Source: Octopus sinensis (lineage: Eukaryota). From it: DNA of 64,000 nt. Below the pieces are notes generated by a model, which saw only the letters and a program-made list of their open reading frames with translations, had not been told where the DNA came from and searched no databases. A program made the translations under genes and the position numbers. Positions 23,964 to 38,060 of the stretch are shown here, in pieces (positions within the stretch are counted from its first letter, which is position 1; each line of letters starts with the position of its first letter). The DNA is taken from assembly GCF_006345805.1 (NCBI RefSeq), contig NC_043017.1:31868001-31932000 (forward strand), given 5' to 3'.

Positions 23964-24880
23964 TGAGATGGTATCAAAAAGTTCCCAGACAAGTAATGTT
24001 TAATCAAAAATGACTTATTTACTGAAGTTTTACCATCATCTCCATCGAAGTAGTCTCTTTGAACAGCAAAACACAAGTTCTGGTGTTCCTGCCACTTTTG
24101 GAATCCAACCTCAAAGTCGTTTTCTATGAGTGAGCCAAGGACCTTCTGTGACTGACTCTTGTATCTTGACAACAGTGTTAAACTGGTGACCTTTGAGGTA
24201 CATTTTCATCCTAAGGAAGAGATGGAAGTCTGCCGCTGCTAAATCTGGTAAATAGATAGGGCAGGTGTGGAAATGATACCAAGGTGTTTTTGGTGAGAAA
24301 CTCATGAGTGAGGAGAGCTCAGTGACAGGGTGCATTATCATCGTGAAAAATCCAAATTCTTTGGACTCCACAGATCCAGTTGCTGTCACCGAATGTCCTT
24401 CCTCAAATGCTTCAAAACATCATTGATTGTCCCCCACCGATCCTCATGCACAAGCTGAGGAATTTTCTCCACATTTCTGGGGTGGTGGCCATGGCAGATC
24501 TTCCAGACCACTCATCATCTCCCAAGGATGTTCTTCCACTTTTGAAACACCCATGCCACTCAAAACACTGTGTTCAACCAAGTGCCTCGTTGTTGCAAGC
24601 TTGCTGAAACATGGTCAACGTCTCTATAGCAGACTTCCCAAGTTTTACGCAAAATTTCACATTGGCCCTTTCTTCGAGCTTCCCTGTCCATGATAAAAAC
24701 CACAGACTACAGCATACACGTGATCACAAAAACACAAATTTCACAATTCGCAAAATAAACACTGCAATGTCAGTCAACACACTGACTCACGAAAGTCACT
24801 GCTACCTCTCACTGCACAAGTGCTGCCACCTGTTGGTGTACTACATAACTCGTCTAGGGAACCCTTTTGGTATTACTCTG
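23964..24880 (-). mobile_element. Internally deleted mariner element with both TIRs
   Basis: TIR-like gagatggtatcaaaaagttcccagac / gtctagggaacccttttggtattactc, TA-flanked; N-terminal RANVKFCVKLGKSAIET and C-terminal HHDNAPCH..PYLPDLAAADFHLF. Confidence 0.85.
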
Positions 24881-25654
24881 TACAAGAAAGATGGGAGTTT
24901 TGAACGCTTGCATTTATTCTCAGCTGTCCTAAATATTAGAATTACAGCTTTTACGCCTCCGAAGAAATATCCACAATGAAACGCATGCTTTCCGAATCAT
25001 TTGCTAGGGGCCCGAAGTCATAAGCATTCAGTTTGTATATCAATGTATAACATCTGGAAAATTGTAAAAATACCTTTTCCACAAAAACCATTGATTTGTA
25101 GAAATTATTGGCATTCATTGTCTTCAATGAAGCAGAGAGTCAGAAATTCTCAGTAGAAGTAAGAAAAAAAAGATTTTCTAAAAGAATCTAGGTAAACGTT
25201 TATAATATGCAAATATGATTCATTGAAGCTGAAGATTTTTTTTGTCTTCCCTGAAATTTGCAACAATGGCATTTTGCACAGACATTTATTTATTTTGAGA
25301 TTAAAAAAAAATAGTAGTAGTAAATAAATACATAAATAAAAAGCATCACATATTAATACACACACACACACACATACACATATTATATCAACACAAACAA
25401 CAATGTAGAGAGCTAGGTTGACAGAAAGATAAATACACACATCTATTACACAGTAACCCACAAAACGTTTTTAACCACCCATTGATTTAAAACAAAATTT
25501 TTTGTAATTATATATGTTTTCTATTCTTTTCAGATACATATCTTAATTTCATTAATTGTAACTTTAATTCAACAAAGCACAACACTGAAAAATCATTAAA
25601 AAATGATGCCGATAGATTAACAAGTAGGGGTAAGTCATCAACTTATATCAAGTC

Positions 25655-26110
25655 CAGAAGCTGGTTACCCGCATGGTTCTTGGTCTCAAGCATTTGTCTT
25701 ATGAAGAAAGGCTGAAGACGCTCGACCTTTATTCTCTAGAAAAACGACGACGCCGTGGTGATCTCATTCTCGCTCACAACATCATAAGCAGAAAGAGTAA
25801 CCTCTCAAAAGAGCTGTTCTTCACTCCTGCTCCACAGCGTCGGCTGCGGCGTCACTCCGAAAAGCTCTATCTGTGATGATTTCATCTCAATCAAAAGAGA
25901 GAGGCTTTCTCCGTCCAGGTTGTGGATCTGTGGAATAAGCTGCCGGACGAGATAGTGAAGATGCCGACGACTGCTCGGTTCAAAGTCTCTCTTGACCAGA
26001 AATGGCCTGAACTCTTTTGCATGAACATCCTCCCTGTACATAACTCCATGTCCCCCTACATGGCCTTGCTTTTTCCTTTTTGAGCCAAAAAATTAACTTA
26101 ACTTAACTAA
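25655..26110 (+). mobile_element. CR1/L2-type LINE 3' end
   Basis: GLKHLSYEERLKTLDLYSLEKRRRRGDLI, FSVQVVDLWNKLP; tail (ttaac)n. Confidence 0.85.
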
Positions 26111-26189
26111 TGACTAAAAACCAATCACGAATAGCTCAATAGTCCAGTATTGACCAGCAAATAGTAATTAGCATCGTTAAGAGACTATT

Positions 26190-26600
26190 GGTTGAAGGAG
26201 ACTATTGGTTTCAGAATTTGGATCCGGACGTGGTTCCTCCTGATGATGTCTTGAGCAAACTGGATCCTATAAAGGAGCTGTTGAAGTAGCAGACCACGAA
26301 ACACGGTTGTAATTCTAGGAAGTTCAAGGAAGCAGGTAAGCTGATCACATTAACCCCATTGGTAAACTGGTACTTATTTTATTGACCCTGAAGTGTTGAG
26401 AGGCCTTGGTGGAATTTGAACCAAGAATGCAAAGACAGACAAACTGCCCAGTGTGTTATTGATTCTGCTTGCTCATGGCTCCTTATTGAAGAAGAATATT
26501 GCCAATTGAAGAAGAGATCCAGGGGACTGCAGAAAAGTCTTGAGGGATCAAAAGGGGGCAGTTAAGGGGGAAGACCTTGACTTGTAACAGAATCTTCTTT
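26190..26600 (+). pseudogene. Very degenerate R4-like REL 3' fragment split by a SINE remnant
   Basis: DVVPPDD..KLD..ELLK..TVVILG and GTA-(deletion)-RKVL resemblance only. Confidence 0.35.
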
Positions 26601-26999
26601 CATCTTCTGTCTTTTACTTGTTTCAGTCATTAGACTGTGGCCATGCGGGAGCACCATCTTGAAGAATTAGTTAGGAAGCAAGCTTCTTATTTCTTTATTG
26701 CCCACCAGGGGCTGAACACAGAGAGGACAAACAAGGAGAGACAAATGGATTAAGTCGATTATATCGACCCCAGTGAGTATCTGGTACTTAATTTATCAAT
26801 CCCGAAAGGATGAAAGGCAAAGTCGACCTTGGCAGAATTTGAACTCAGAACGTAACGGCAGACGAAATACCACTAAGCATTTTGCCTGGCGTGCTACCGT
26901 TTCTGCCAGCTCTCCACCTTAAGCAAGTTTCTTACCACACAGCCACACCTGTGCCTATGTTATATAATTCTACAACTTCACATTGGTAATTCTTCTTTC

Positions 27000-27300
27000 T
27001 GTGTTGCAAGATTTTTTCCTGGCTTCAATGAAACAAGCAGAAGATGTAGATTCTTACAGAACTCGTTCAAAACAGAGACAGAAGAACTGAAGAGATCATG
27101 GTTTTTCCTTGACTGACTGGATTATTGCTCCCAGCTAATGTCTTCACATCGTGCCAAGCTCACTTTTGAATTGGAAGGAATCCAAAGAAATGGTGTGGAA
27201 TAATTACTTTCCTAATAAGACATGAAGTCAGTCATTTATGTCTGGAAATTAATGGAGAGCCTAACACCAAACCTTGGCATTGAAAACCATTCTTGAGAAA
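27000..27300 (+). pseudogene. Degenerate CR1-like RT C-terminal fragment
   Basis: IYVWKLMESLTPNLGIE motif. Confidence 0.5.
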
Positions 27301-28079
27301 TTAGTTCAAATCAGGAATGCAAATAAATGAGAATGGAAACAATGGATAAAGATATAGACTTACAATAAAAATGGGAAAGTAAAATTAACGACGAAAATGA
27401 TTAAACAAAATTTTGAATAAATATAAAGAAGAAAAATAAATATATAGGCATAGGAGTGGCTGTACGGTAAGTAGCTTGCTTACCAACCACATGGTTCCGG
27501 GTTCAGTCCCACTGCATGGCACCTTGGGCAAGTGTCTTCTACTATAGCCTCGGGCCGACCAAAGCCTTGTGAGTGGATTTGGTAGACAGAAACTGAAAGA
27601 AGCCCTTCGTATATATGTATATCACGTGATCACGTGACTGACCAGACCATCAGATGTAGTTACACATCGCTGGTCACAATGCGTTCGCAATGTTTTAGCC
27701 TTCGAATGACGCCACCCCGCTGGCTAAGCGAGCAAGCCGACAGAAGAAAGAGTGGGAGAAAGAGTGGTGAAAGAGTACAGCAGGGATCACCACCCCCTGC
27801 CGGAGCCTCGTGGAGCTTTTAGGTGTTTTCGCTCAATAAACACTCACAACGTGAGGGGTAAGAAGCTTGCTTCCCAACCACATGGTTCCAGGTTCAGTCC
27901 TACTGTGTGGTACCTATAGCAAGTGTCTTCTACTACAGCCTAGGGCCAACCAAAGCCTTGTGAGTGGATTTGGTTGATGGAAAGCCCATCATATATATAT
28001 GTGTGTGTGTATATAAACATCGAAACCGCGATCCTGCGACCGCGAGTCTGCTGCCCTAACCACAAGGCCATTGCGCCTC

Positions 28080-28132
<53 letters not shown>

Positions 28133-28334
28133 ATATGTTAGTGTGTCTGTGTTTGTCCCCCCAACATCTCTTGACAACCAATGCTGGTGTGTTTACATCA
28201 CCGTAACTTAGCGGTTCGCCAAAAGAGAATGATAGAATAAGTACTAGGCTTACAAAGAATAAGTCCTGGGGTCGATTTGCTCAACTAAAGGCTGTGCTCC
28301 AGCATGGCCACAGTCAAATGACTGAAACGAGTTA

Positions 28335-28905
28335 AAGAGAGTAAAAGAGTATATGATTAAAATATAAATTCAAATAAAAGATTAGAATTAAAATTAAATT
28401 AAAAAATAAAGATTGGAATGGTTAAAAATTAAGATAAAATGAAATAAAAATTAAAACCAAAATAAATTTAAAATAGAATAAAATAAAAATAAAAATAAAA
28501 GATTAAAATCAAAGTCAAATCAAAAATAAAAAATTAGAATAAAATAAAAATTAAAATAAAATACTAAAATTAAAATGAAATAAAAATAAAAATTAAAATA
28601 TAATAAAATAATTAAAATTGAAATTAAAAATAAGATACAAATAAAATAGAATAAAATAAAAATAAAAATAAAAGATTAAAATCAAAGTCAAATCAAAAAT
28701 AAAAAATTAGAATAAAATAAAAATTAAAATAAAATACTAAAATTAAAATGAAATAAAAATAAAAATTAAAATAAAATACTAAAATTAAAATGAAATAAAA
28801 ATAAAAATAAAATATAATAAAATAATTAAAATTGAAATTAAAAATAAGATACAAATAAAATAGAATAAAAATAAAGAAATAGAATTAAATTAAATATAAA
28901 ATATT
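28335..28905 (+). repeat. Degenerate (TAAAA)n tract with an internal ~175-bp duplication
   Basis: gattaaaatcaaagtcaaatcaaaaataaaaaattagaat occurs at ~28501 and ~28674. Confidence 0.85.
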
Positions 28906-29347
28906 AAAATTGTCATTATCAACATCATCATTAACATCATAATCATTTTTGTCACCAATATTTTGGTTATAATTGCCACCATTAATGCTACAGCCCCCAT
29001 TATCAGCGGGGTGGCCATCATCATTGCTGTGGTCATCACCATTGTTGTTGTTGGTGGTGATGATGTTGTAATCGTCATCATCTTTCTCTCGTCGTCGTCA
29101 TCAATGCGATGACAAATATTATTTTAGTTTCTGTTGTCTTATGGGATTTTAGTTGAAGAAATTGACTTATTCTTTGTAAGACAAGATTTATTCTTTTGTA
29201 AGACCAGTACTTATTCTATTAGTATCTTTTGCCAAACCACTAAGTTATTGGGACGTAAACACACCAACACTGGTTGCCAAACAATGGCAGGGGGGACTAA
29301 CACACACACACACATAAATATATACATATATATATATATATAAATAC

Positions 29348-29395
<48 letters not shown>

Positions 29396-29706
29396 CACAC
29401 ACACACATATATATATATATGATGGGCTTTCCATCAACCAAATCCACTCACAAGGCTTTGGTTGGCCCTAGGCTGTAGTAGAAGACACTTGCCCAAGGTG
29501 CCATGTGGTGAGACTGAACCTGGAACCATGTGGTTGGGAAGCAAGCTTCTTACCCCACAGCCATGCCCGCACCTATATAAAAAGATTCATTTTGCACCAA
29601 AAACCAATATGAGAGTTTCTCTCATGGTACTCCTGCAGTACAGTTTGTTCCAACAGAACAACCATGATTAAGTGGGGTTAGATATATGTAAGTTTTTGTG
29701 AGTGCA

Positions 29707-29744
<38 letters not shown>

Positions 29745-29792
29745 ATCATTATCATCATCATCATCATATTTTCATCAGTTTTTCTAGACAGC

Positions 29793-31030
29793 TACACTGG
29801 CAAAAATAAATTTAAGACCAATGATAAAAGTTCTATTTCTTACAAAATGTTTTGTTACTAACACCATACAAATAATTTTTATCTTTTACACCTTATGCAG
29901 CAATTACTTCTCTTTTGAATGATGCAGACAATAACTATTTTTTTACAACTTGAAGAATTCTAATGCTAAATTAATATAAACGCTTCAAATTTACCGGCAA
30001 AATTAGTTTAAGTCCGTATCATTATAATTTTATTTAAAGCTTAAGATTGTACCAAAAATGAGCAACAAGAACGAAATACATATTAGTACTTTGTGCTGTA
30101 GCTCTTATTCTTAATAACGGCTGAGCAATGCCTTGGTATTGAATACGCTAAGTGATTACAAAATTCTATGAGAATGTTTTGCCATATTTCATTGATATAA
30201 TCGAATAGTTGTTTTAGATGGTTTTTTTAGCATGGACTGTTTTGGAAACGTAATTCCACAAGTTCTCGATCGGATTCAGATCTGGGCTCTGGGAAGGCCA
30301 TTCGATTATGTCAATATTATGGTGATCAAAAAATTCCATACCCTTTTTGGCTTTGTGCACAGGACTATTGTCCTGCTGATAAATAGCCCCAGGAGGCATT
30401 TGGTGAGTCAAATATGGCACAACATTATCCTTTAGTAGGTTTATATAACCTACACTATTTAACTTTCCATCAAATTTAACTAGAGGGCCAACACCAAAGC
30501 TACTAGATGCTGCCCACACCATCACACCCCTACCACCCACTTGCGCCATCTTTTTCAAGCATTTCAGATGGAATTCCTCAGTTGGGTGATCTCTGATGTA
30601 TGTTTTACCATCTGATCCATTGAGCATAGCTTTTTGCGAAATTAAGGCGTTTCAACAAGCTGTAAGATGCAATACCTTGCTTTTAGCTCTTAGATCCTCA
30701 AGTACTGTCAGCACAATAGGTACCTATTTCTTTACTACCCACAAGGGGCTAAACACAGAGAGGATAAACAAAGACAGACAAACAGTGCGTAACTGGTACT
30801 TATTTAATCGACCCCAAAAGGATGAAAGGCAAAGTCGACCTTGGCGGAATTTGAACTCAGAATGTAACAGCAGACGAAATATGGCAATGCATTTTGCCCG
30901 CTGTGCTAACATTTCTGCCAGCTCACTACTTTCATAACTTATTGTCCACTTTGCAAAAATTTCTCAATTACATACTCTGGTTAGGTGCAAAGGAATTTCA
31001 ATCACAACGGCCATGTAATTAAAAGGTATT
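29793..31030 (-). mobile_element. Tc1-family transposon relic (DD34E), interrupted by a SINE
   Basis: ORF 30214-30627 GVMVWA..QQDNSPVH..WPSQSPDLNPIENLW, with 34 residues between D and E; terminus-like TA-cactggcaaaaataaatt at ~29791. Confidence 0.88.
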
Positions 31031-31239
31031 GGTTATATGTATATCAATAAGAACCAAAAACTAAAAGCCAAAAACTAAAATGGATTTTGTAGGAGAGAAA
31101 GAGGCACAGGTCACTGATCTGTATGATGCAGATTATTGGCTTTCGTACAGACAAACCTAAAGGTAATAAACGACAAAGTCGATAGCAGAGAGGTTTAAAC
31201 ACAAAGATTATCAAACATAGATGCCATTGATGTAGACTT

Positions 31240-31385
31240 TCATCTAATGTCTGTGTACCTACATTCAGCAAGAATGTATATATATATATATATATATATA
31301 AGCAGGATGTGTATATATAAGCAGGATGTATATATATAAGCAGGAACAGCGAGTTACCCATAATACTCATAAAGACATACATACC

Positions 31386-31426
<41 letters not shown>

Positions 31427-31529
31427 ATATATGTATATGTATATGTATATATATATGTATATGTATATGTATATATATATGTATATGTATATGTATATAT
31501 ATATGTATATGTATATGTATATGTATATA

Positions 31530-31564
<35 letters not shown>

Positions 31565-31574
31565 ATATATATAT

Positions 31575-31629
<55 letters not shown>

Positions 31630-31782
31630 ATATATTATATATAAGGGCTTAGTAAAATAAATTACTTTGCCACATACTGAACTCATTAGAAATAGCAGCT
31701 AAAGAAATTTCTTCAGCTATTTCTAATACTTAAAGAGGATCTCTCTCAGATAAATAATTAATTAATTTACCCTCAATTGTTG

Positions 31783-31827
<45 letters not shown>

Positions 31828-31950
31828 TATATATAATATATATATGTATATATATATATATATATAATATATATATATATATATTATATATATGTATGTA
31901 TGTATGTATATATATATATAATATATATGTATGTATATATATATATATAT
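31240..31950 (+). repeat. (TA)n/(TATATG)n microsatellites; similar blocks at 6565-6717, 7090-7195, 7485-7870, 47125-47290, 47885-48058, 49755-49890, 51745-52150
   Basis: Directly visible. Confidence 0.95.
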
Positions 31951-32286
31951 ACACACACAATGACACAATGTACAGAAGCGCAGTTCAAAGGGAGGGGGGG
32001 AAGATGAGTGGTGAGAGATGACTAAGTGCAGAGGCTGAATCTTGAATTCATTATCTCTTTGTCTTTTCTGTCTCATCAAAGACTTTCTTTATCTTAACCA
32101 TTTCCAAACTGACTTTACTCTCAGTCCATCCTTTTATTGCTTCCAGCAGCAAATGAACAGAAACAAGATTTATCTGCCTTAGTTGTTGTTGCTACTGCTG
32201 CTGCTACTACCACTACTACTACTGCTGCCATTATTATTATTATTATATTATTATTATTATTATTGTTATTATGATCATTATTATTA

Positions 32287-32348
<62 letters not shown>

Positions 32349-32370
32349 GTTATTATGATCATTATTATTA

Positions 32371-32414
<44 letters not shown>

Positions 32415-32744
32415 TTATATCAAATCAATCCTGATTAAGCAAACCTATGATCAAAGAATTCCTGTCGTGACAGTTCCAACTTTTTGCTCAGTGCACCAGC
32501 AAACCACATTATTTCAATGTGTCCTTTTCTAAGATGCTCACTGTGATACGAAGGGGATTTAGCTGCTCTTTCTAATATGCTGAACAGCAAACATTAGAGG
32601 GTTTCTTGTAGGATGGATCTATCCTAGTAGTCAAGTTTTGTAATCATGGCCGTGTAATTAAGTTCACATTACAGCTCTGTAGTTCTGGGTTCAATCTCAC
32701 TACACACCACATTCAGTATCTGGTACCTTGTCTTTAGTTTTAAG

Positions 32745-33155
32745 GTGGCGAACTGGCAGAAATGTTAGCATGCCGGGCGAAATGCTTAGCTGCATTTCGT
32801 CTTCCGTTACGTTCGGAGTTCAAATTCTGCTGAGGTCGACTTTGCTTTTCATCCTTTCGGGGTCGATTAAATAATTGCCAGTTATGCACTGGGGTCGATA
32901 TAATCGACTTAATCCGTTTGTCCTTGTTTGTCCTCTCTGTGTTTTCAGCCCCTTGTGGGTAGTAAAGAAATAGGTATTTTGTATGCCGTTATGTTCTGAG
33001 TTCAAATTCTGCCGAGGTTGACATTGCCGTATATCCTTTTGGGGTCAATTAAATAAGTACCAGTTATGCACTGGGGGTCGATATAATCGACTTAATCCGT
33101 GTGTCTGTCCTTGTTTGTTCCCTCTATGTTTAGCCCCTTGTGGGCAATAAAGAAA
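32745..33155 (+). mobile_element. Two-unit SINE array with head
   Basis: Same junction aaagaaataggtatttt at ~32965. Confidence 0.82.
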
Positions 33156-33526
33156 TGAGTAATCCCTTTTGATAGCAAAATGAAAACTAGGCAGACGCAT
33201 ATTACCACTATCACTACTACCACCAGCTGCACTAAATTTCTCATCATCTACATATTACGTCTGTTTTTCCTGCTGGCATGGGTTGGACGAGTCTAGTAAC
33301 TCATCACCTCTGGCCTGTGTCTTTCTTAACCATCTACCATTGGATCCATCCCACAGGAATCTCCTCCTGGCACAGCTTCAATCACTTGTAAACATTATTC
33401 GTATACCTTTCATAGCCATCACTCTTGCATCCTACAACTGCTTCCTCTCATACCAGGGGTTTTTTTTTTTTTCATTCCTTCAGCTCTGCTCATTTCTGTT
33501 CATCATTCATGCAGTGTAATATCCTA

Positions 33527-34232
33527 TTGGGTTGTCTGGAAAGTTCGTGCTGATTTATAGTAGCTTATCTTTCGACTTATTTTAGAACATGGTTGAGTCA
33601 ATAAAATAGGATTTGACTACAGCTCCATTTAGAGCACAGTTTAAGCTATCTTTTCGTGGAAGAAGGTTTATGTTCCTATAAGCTGTGTTAATTCTGTAAC
33701 CCTTTAAAGTGGAAGATAAGAAAGTTCATTTTCGGCACTTGATGCTTTTGTTTTTCTGTAAAGGAAAAAATGCCTCACAGGCACCCAAAGAATTATGCAC
33801 CGTTCGCAAGGTTCCGAGCTGGAGATTGTAGCCTTATTGATAAAGAGCGATCAGCCAACAGGTAGGGTGTTGTTTTCCAACATGATAATGCAAGACTGCA
33901 TGTTTCTTTGGGAACCAGACAAAAATTGCTGCAGCTCGGCTGGGATGTGTTACCCCAGCCTCCATATTCACCAGATATTGCTCCTTCGGATTTCCACTTA
34001 TTCAGGTTTCTGCAGAATAGTCTTGATGGTAAAAATTTCAATTCCTTGGATGACGTAAAAAGATACCTTGATGAATTCTTTGCCATGAAACCACCTCAAT
34101 TCTGGGAAGAGGGTATTTTCAAGTTAAAGGAAAGATGGAGACGCACTGTGCAACAAAATGGTTCATATTTGGTTGATTAAAAATGTAATGGCAAATATTT
34201 ATTGACTTTTTTCTTTCCTTTAAAAATCGGCA
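33527..34232 (+). mobile_element. Internally deleted mariner element (D34D)
   Basis: TA-ttgggttgtctggaaagttcg 5' end; HDNARLH..PPYSPDIAPSDFHLF with 34-residue spacing; right end aatcggca cut by a SINE. Confidence 0.9.
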
Positions 34233-34396
34233 GATACATGTAGAGGTGTGACTGTGTAGTAAGAAGCTTGGTTACCAACTGCATGGGTCTCAGTCCATGA
34301 TGTGTGTGTGTGTTGTGTGTGTGTGTGTGAGCGTGTGTGTGTGTGTGTGTGAGCGTGTGTTTGTGTGTGTGTATGTGTGTGTGTGTGTGTGTTTGT

Positions 34397-34459
<63 letters not shown>

Positions 34460-35773
34460 TGGAGGTCTTTGTGTCTGTGTTTGTCCCCCACCACTGCTTG
34501 GCAACTGGCATTGGTCTGTCTGTTACATCCCCGTAACTTAGCAGTTCAGCAAAAGAGACCAATAAAGTAAGTACCAGGCTTAAAAAAATAGTTTTGGGAT
34601 TGACTCTTTCAACTGAAAAAATCTTTGAAGGGGGTGCCCCAGCATGGCCACAGTCTAGTTACTGAAACCAGTAAAATACAAAAGATAATAAATAATTTAA
34701 TACAATTCTAAAGCAGAACTTGTTTACTTATTTTTTTATTAGTCCACCAAAATGAACAAAAATAACAAAATGATTCTTAACACATTTTATGCAAATTAAC
34801 AAACTTCAGAAACAGGATTTGTTTATTCGGTACAGGGAAAAGTATGTTGAACAATATTGTAAAGCACCCTTAGATTTCTGAAAATTCCAAATTTCTGGAA
34901 ACCAGATAAAATGTCCAATATTGTTTTTTCCTATTTCTATATTGTTCTTTTTATTACCTTTATGTTTAACACCTGTTAAAAACGTTTCTAGTCCCACAAT
35001 CAATCCCTCATTGAAATCCCTTAAGAAGATTGGAATTTTCCCTATATATTTACACATGAATACAATATTTATTTTCATTTGTTAAAATACCTTAAGACTC
35101 TTTGATCAAGTAGACTGTTTACATAACATTAGTGGTGCGAAATCTTATTAACAAAGATTCTCGCTAATTATCCTTCTAATAAGATATTCTAAATCTCTTT
35201 AAAATAGAAGAAATACTAAAAGCAGAATCTTTTATTATCATTCTGTATGTCATATAATTCCCTTTAGAATTGCTCAAATGAATTGCCTCCACATTTGTAG
35301 ATGCATTACTTGATATTCATTCTTCGAGTGATATCAATGTAAACAAAAACACAATAACCAAATTTATGTCAGGAATTCAACATGAAGATGTTTTAAGAAG
35401 ATAGACATATTATTGCATTGAGCGCCTTAATTATGTATCTTATATACATACTAAATGTAGAACAATTCTTTAACTGCGTCCATATCTGTCAAGTGTTATT
35501 TCTATGGTGGTCTTCGAACTCATTATTTTAATTGAACTATTGAGAATGTAGCTGAATTCTAAGACAGAATAGAATTTGATCGTAATATATACTGGTTCTT
35601 ATTATTCCCATCTTCTCTGGAATTGTGTAAACAATTAAAATTATTTTCTTTGTTATTTCAGTTTATTGTGTTGTATTCCATTTGATTTCCGTATATCTGC
35701 CACAGTTGTGTATGTATACACCAATATTTCACTTAAAGTGTTAGTGTACATTTATGTATGGTATTTGCAAATA

Positions 35774-36201
35774 TGGTTAGCCATATTAAGATGGCTAGTA
35801 TACTTTACGTTGTCGTGCAGTTACTGTTTACATCTCGTTCAGAGATTTATCATTGCTTGCAGACAGTTTTTCGAATTCAGTGACGGAAGTTACTGGAAAA
35901 ACAATAAATAAGTATTTGCAAACGGTCTCCCTTACGGTGATTGCCGTACGCCGAAGACAGGCAAATACCTAGAAACTACAGTCCGTGTGTATCACTTAGG
36001 TTGATGAGAGAGGGATGACCTCCCTTTGCAAATACCATAAGGGCACAGAAAGTGTGCCTAAAGCCAGCTGGAGACGATGATCTCCTGGGGCTAAAAGCTA
36101 CAGTAACACCCACCCTTAGTGGTTAGCCATATTAAGATGGCTAGTATACTTTACGTTGTCGTGCAGTTACTGTTTACATCTCGTTCAGAGATTTATTATT
36201 G

Positions 36202-36203
<2 letters not shown>
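35774..36203 (+). mobile_element. Retrozyme/Penelope-pLTR-like unit: 84-bp direct repeats, 346-bp period, internal hammerhead
   Basis: 35774-35857 equals 36120-36203 (1 mismatch); hammerhead motif at 35945-35989. Confidence 0.75.
35945..35989 (+). ncRNA. Type I hammerhead ribozyme motif (variant core CCGAAGA)
   Basis: CGUACG-CCGAAGA-CAGG-CAAAUA-CCUA-GAAA-C-UACA-G-UC-CGUGUG: 6-bp stem I, GUC cleavage triplet; U4>C change and a C.A mismatch at the base of stem II. Confidence 0.7.
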
Positions 36204-36238
<35 letters not shown>

Positions 36239-36240
36239 TA

Positions 36241-37720
36241 CAGTGGGGGGAAATAAACATTCATACATGTCAAAATTATTTATTTATTTAATTTCTAATG
36301 AACATAAATGATATACCAATACTATATTTGCATACACATGCATAAATTAAAAATATGCAAAAGAAACTAATAAATTATCATAACAAAGGAATTTATATAC
36401 AATTATAAGTATTTAGGGGTGAAAAAATTATTCGTACAGAATAAATTTATGATTTTCTATGCCACAAAATACTGTTAAAGTAATTTTTTTTTACTAGAAC
36501 TTATTCGTTTGTTCCAATAATCTTATCAGCTGTCATTTTTAAGTGTCAAAACGCTAGCTTCTCCATTCAGCACTGAGACAACATAAAGTAGTATCGTAAT
36601 AATGGCGAAAAGTAAAGAACTCACAAATTCAGTGAAAAACTTAATTATTGAACAGTGGAAAAGAGGTAAAAGTTACAGGAAAATATCAGAGACCCTTTGT
36701 ATTCCATTTTCTACCACATCGTCATTTATTCAAAGATATAAAAAATCGGGAGCTGTTGAAAACAGAATAAGATCCGGTGCACCATGCAAGATTTCCCCTA
36801 GATCTTTAAGAAAAGTTGAAGCAAAGAATCGAAAAAAAATGCAATGATCACCAGAAAGGAGTTGCAAGAAGATTTGTTAGCTTCAGGGACTAGTGTTACT
36901 CTACGAACAATCAGCAATGAACTTCATAGGAATGAACTGAAGTCACGCTCTCCTAGAAAAACTTCACTGTTGACTAAAAGGCATAGAGATGCCTGTTTAA
37001 AATTTGTTTACGAACATAAAGATAAATCTGATACAAGGCGCAGGAGTGGCTGTGTGGTAAGTAGCTTGCTTACCAACCACATGGTTCCGGTTCAGTCCCT
37101 GCATGGCACCTTGGCAAGTTTCTTCTACTATAGCCTCGGGCCGACCAAAGCCTTGTGAGTGGATTTGGTAGACAGAAACTGAAAGAAGCCGTCGTATATA
37201 TGTAATATATATATATATATATATATGTGTGCGTGTATGTTTGTGTGTCTGTGTTTGTCCCCCTAGCATGCTTGACAACCGATCTGGTGTGTTTATGTCC
37301 CCGTCACTTAGCGGTTCGGCAAAAGAGACCGATAGAATAAGTACTGGGCTTACAAAGAATAAGTCCCGGGGTCCAGTTGCTCGACTAAATGCGGTGCTCC
37401 AGCATGGCCGCAGTCAACTGACTGAAACAAGTAAAAGAGTATTCTGGGAAATGTTCTATGGACAGATGAGTCGAAAATTGAATAGTTTGGACGAAATTCA
37501 CGTAGCCATGTTTGGAGGAAAGATGGTACCACCTATTCGCCGAAAGGCACAATTCCCACCGTAAAGTTTGGAGATGGCAACATCATGGTGTGGGGGTGTT
37601 TCTCTGCAAATGGTACTGGCAATTTACATGTGATAGATGGTAGAATGAATGCAGAGATGTACCAAAATATTTTGAAAACTAATTTATGTGACTCTGTTGA
37701 AAAGCTCTAGTTTTACAACG
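36241..37720 (+). mobile_element. Tc1-family transposon relic, 3'-truncated, with SINE insertion at 37036-37440
   Basis: TA-cagtgggggaaataa terminus; MAKSKEL.. HTH ORF 36602-36847, continuation 36844-37035, then [21 protein letters not shown] after the SINE. Confidence 0.9.
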
Positions 37721-37734
37721 GGATAACAAACACA

Positions 37735-38060
37735 TAGAACTACCCGGTATTTTAATATTTTTAACTGTGAGAACATCAGATAAAACATGTTATTGTCATT
37801 AATAGTTTGTACCTCAGCCAATTACTGTTGAGAACTGCATAATCCATGTTTCATTTTACTTAGAGATTTAAAAAGATATACTTAAATTTCATTATTTTCA
37901 ATACCTGGGTAACGCCGGATTATTAAGTATATGAAGTTGGTATCTCAGCTACTAGGAGATAAGACCAGCGTAGTCTATGTTTCATGTTAGAGATCTAAAA
38001 GGCATTTTTGAATTTCCTTATTTTCTTTAATCAGGGCAACGCCAGGTATTTCTGCTAGTA
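37735..38060 (-). mobile_element. Helentron/HINE-like non-autonomous element end
   Basis: Minus strand tactagcagaaatacctggcgttgccctg, the same terminal motif as 48059 and 57731. Confidence 0.5.
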
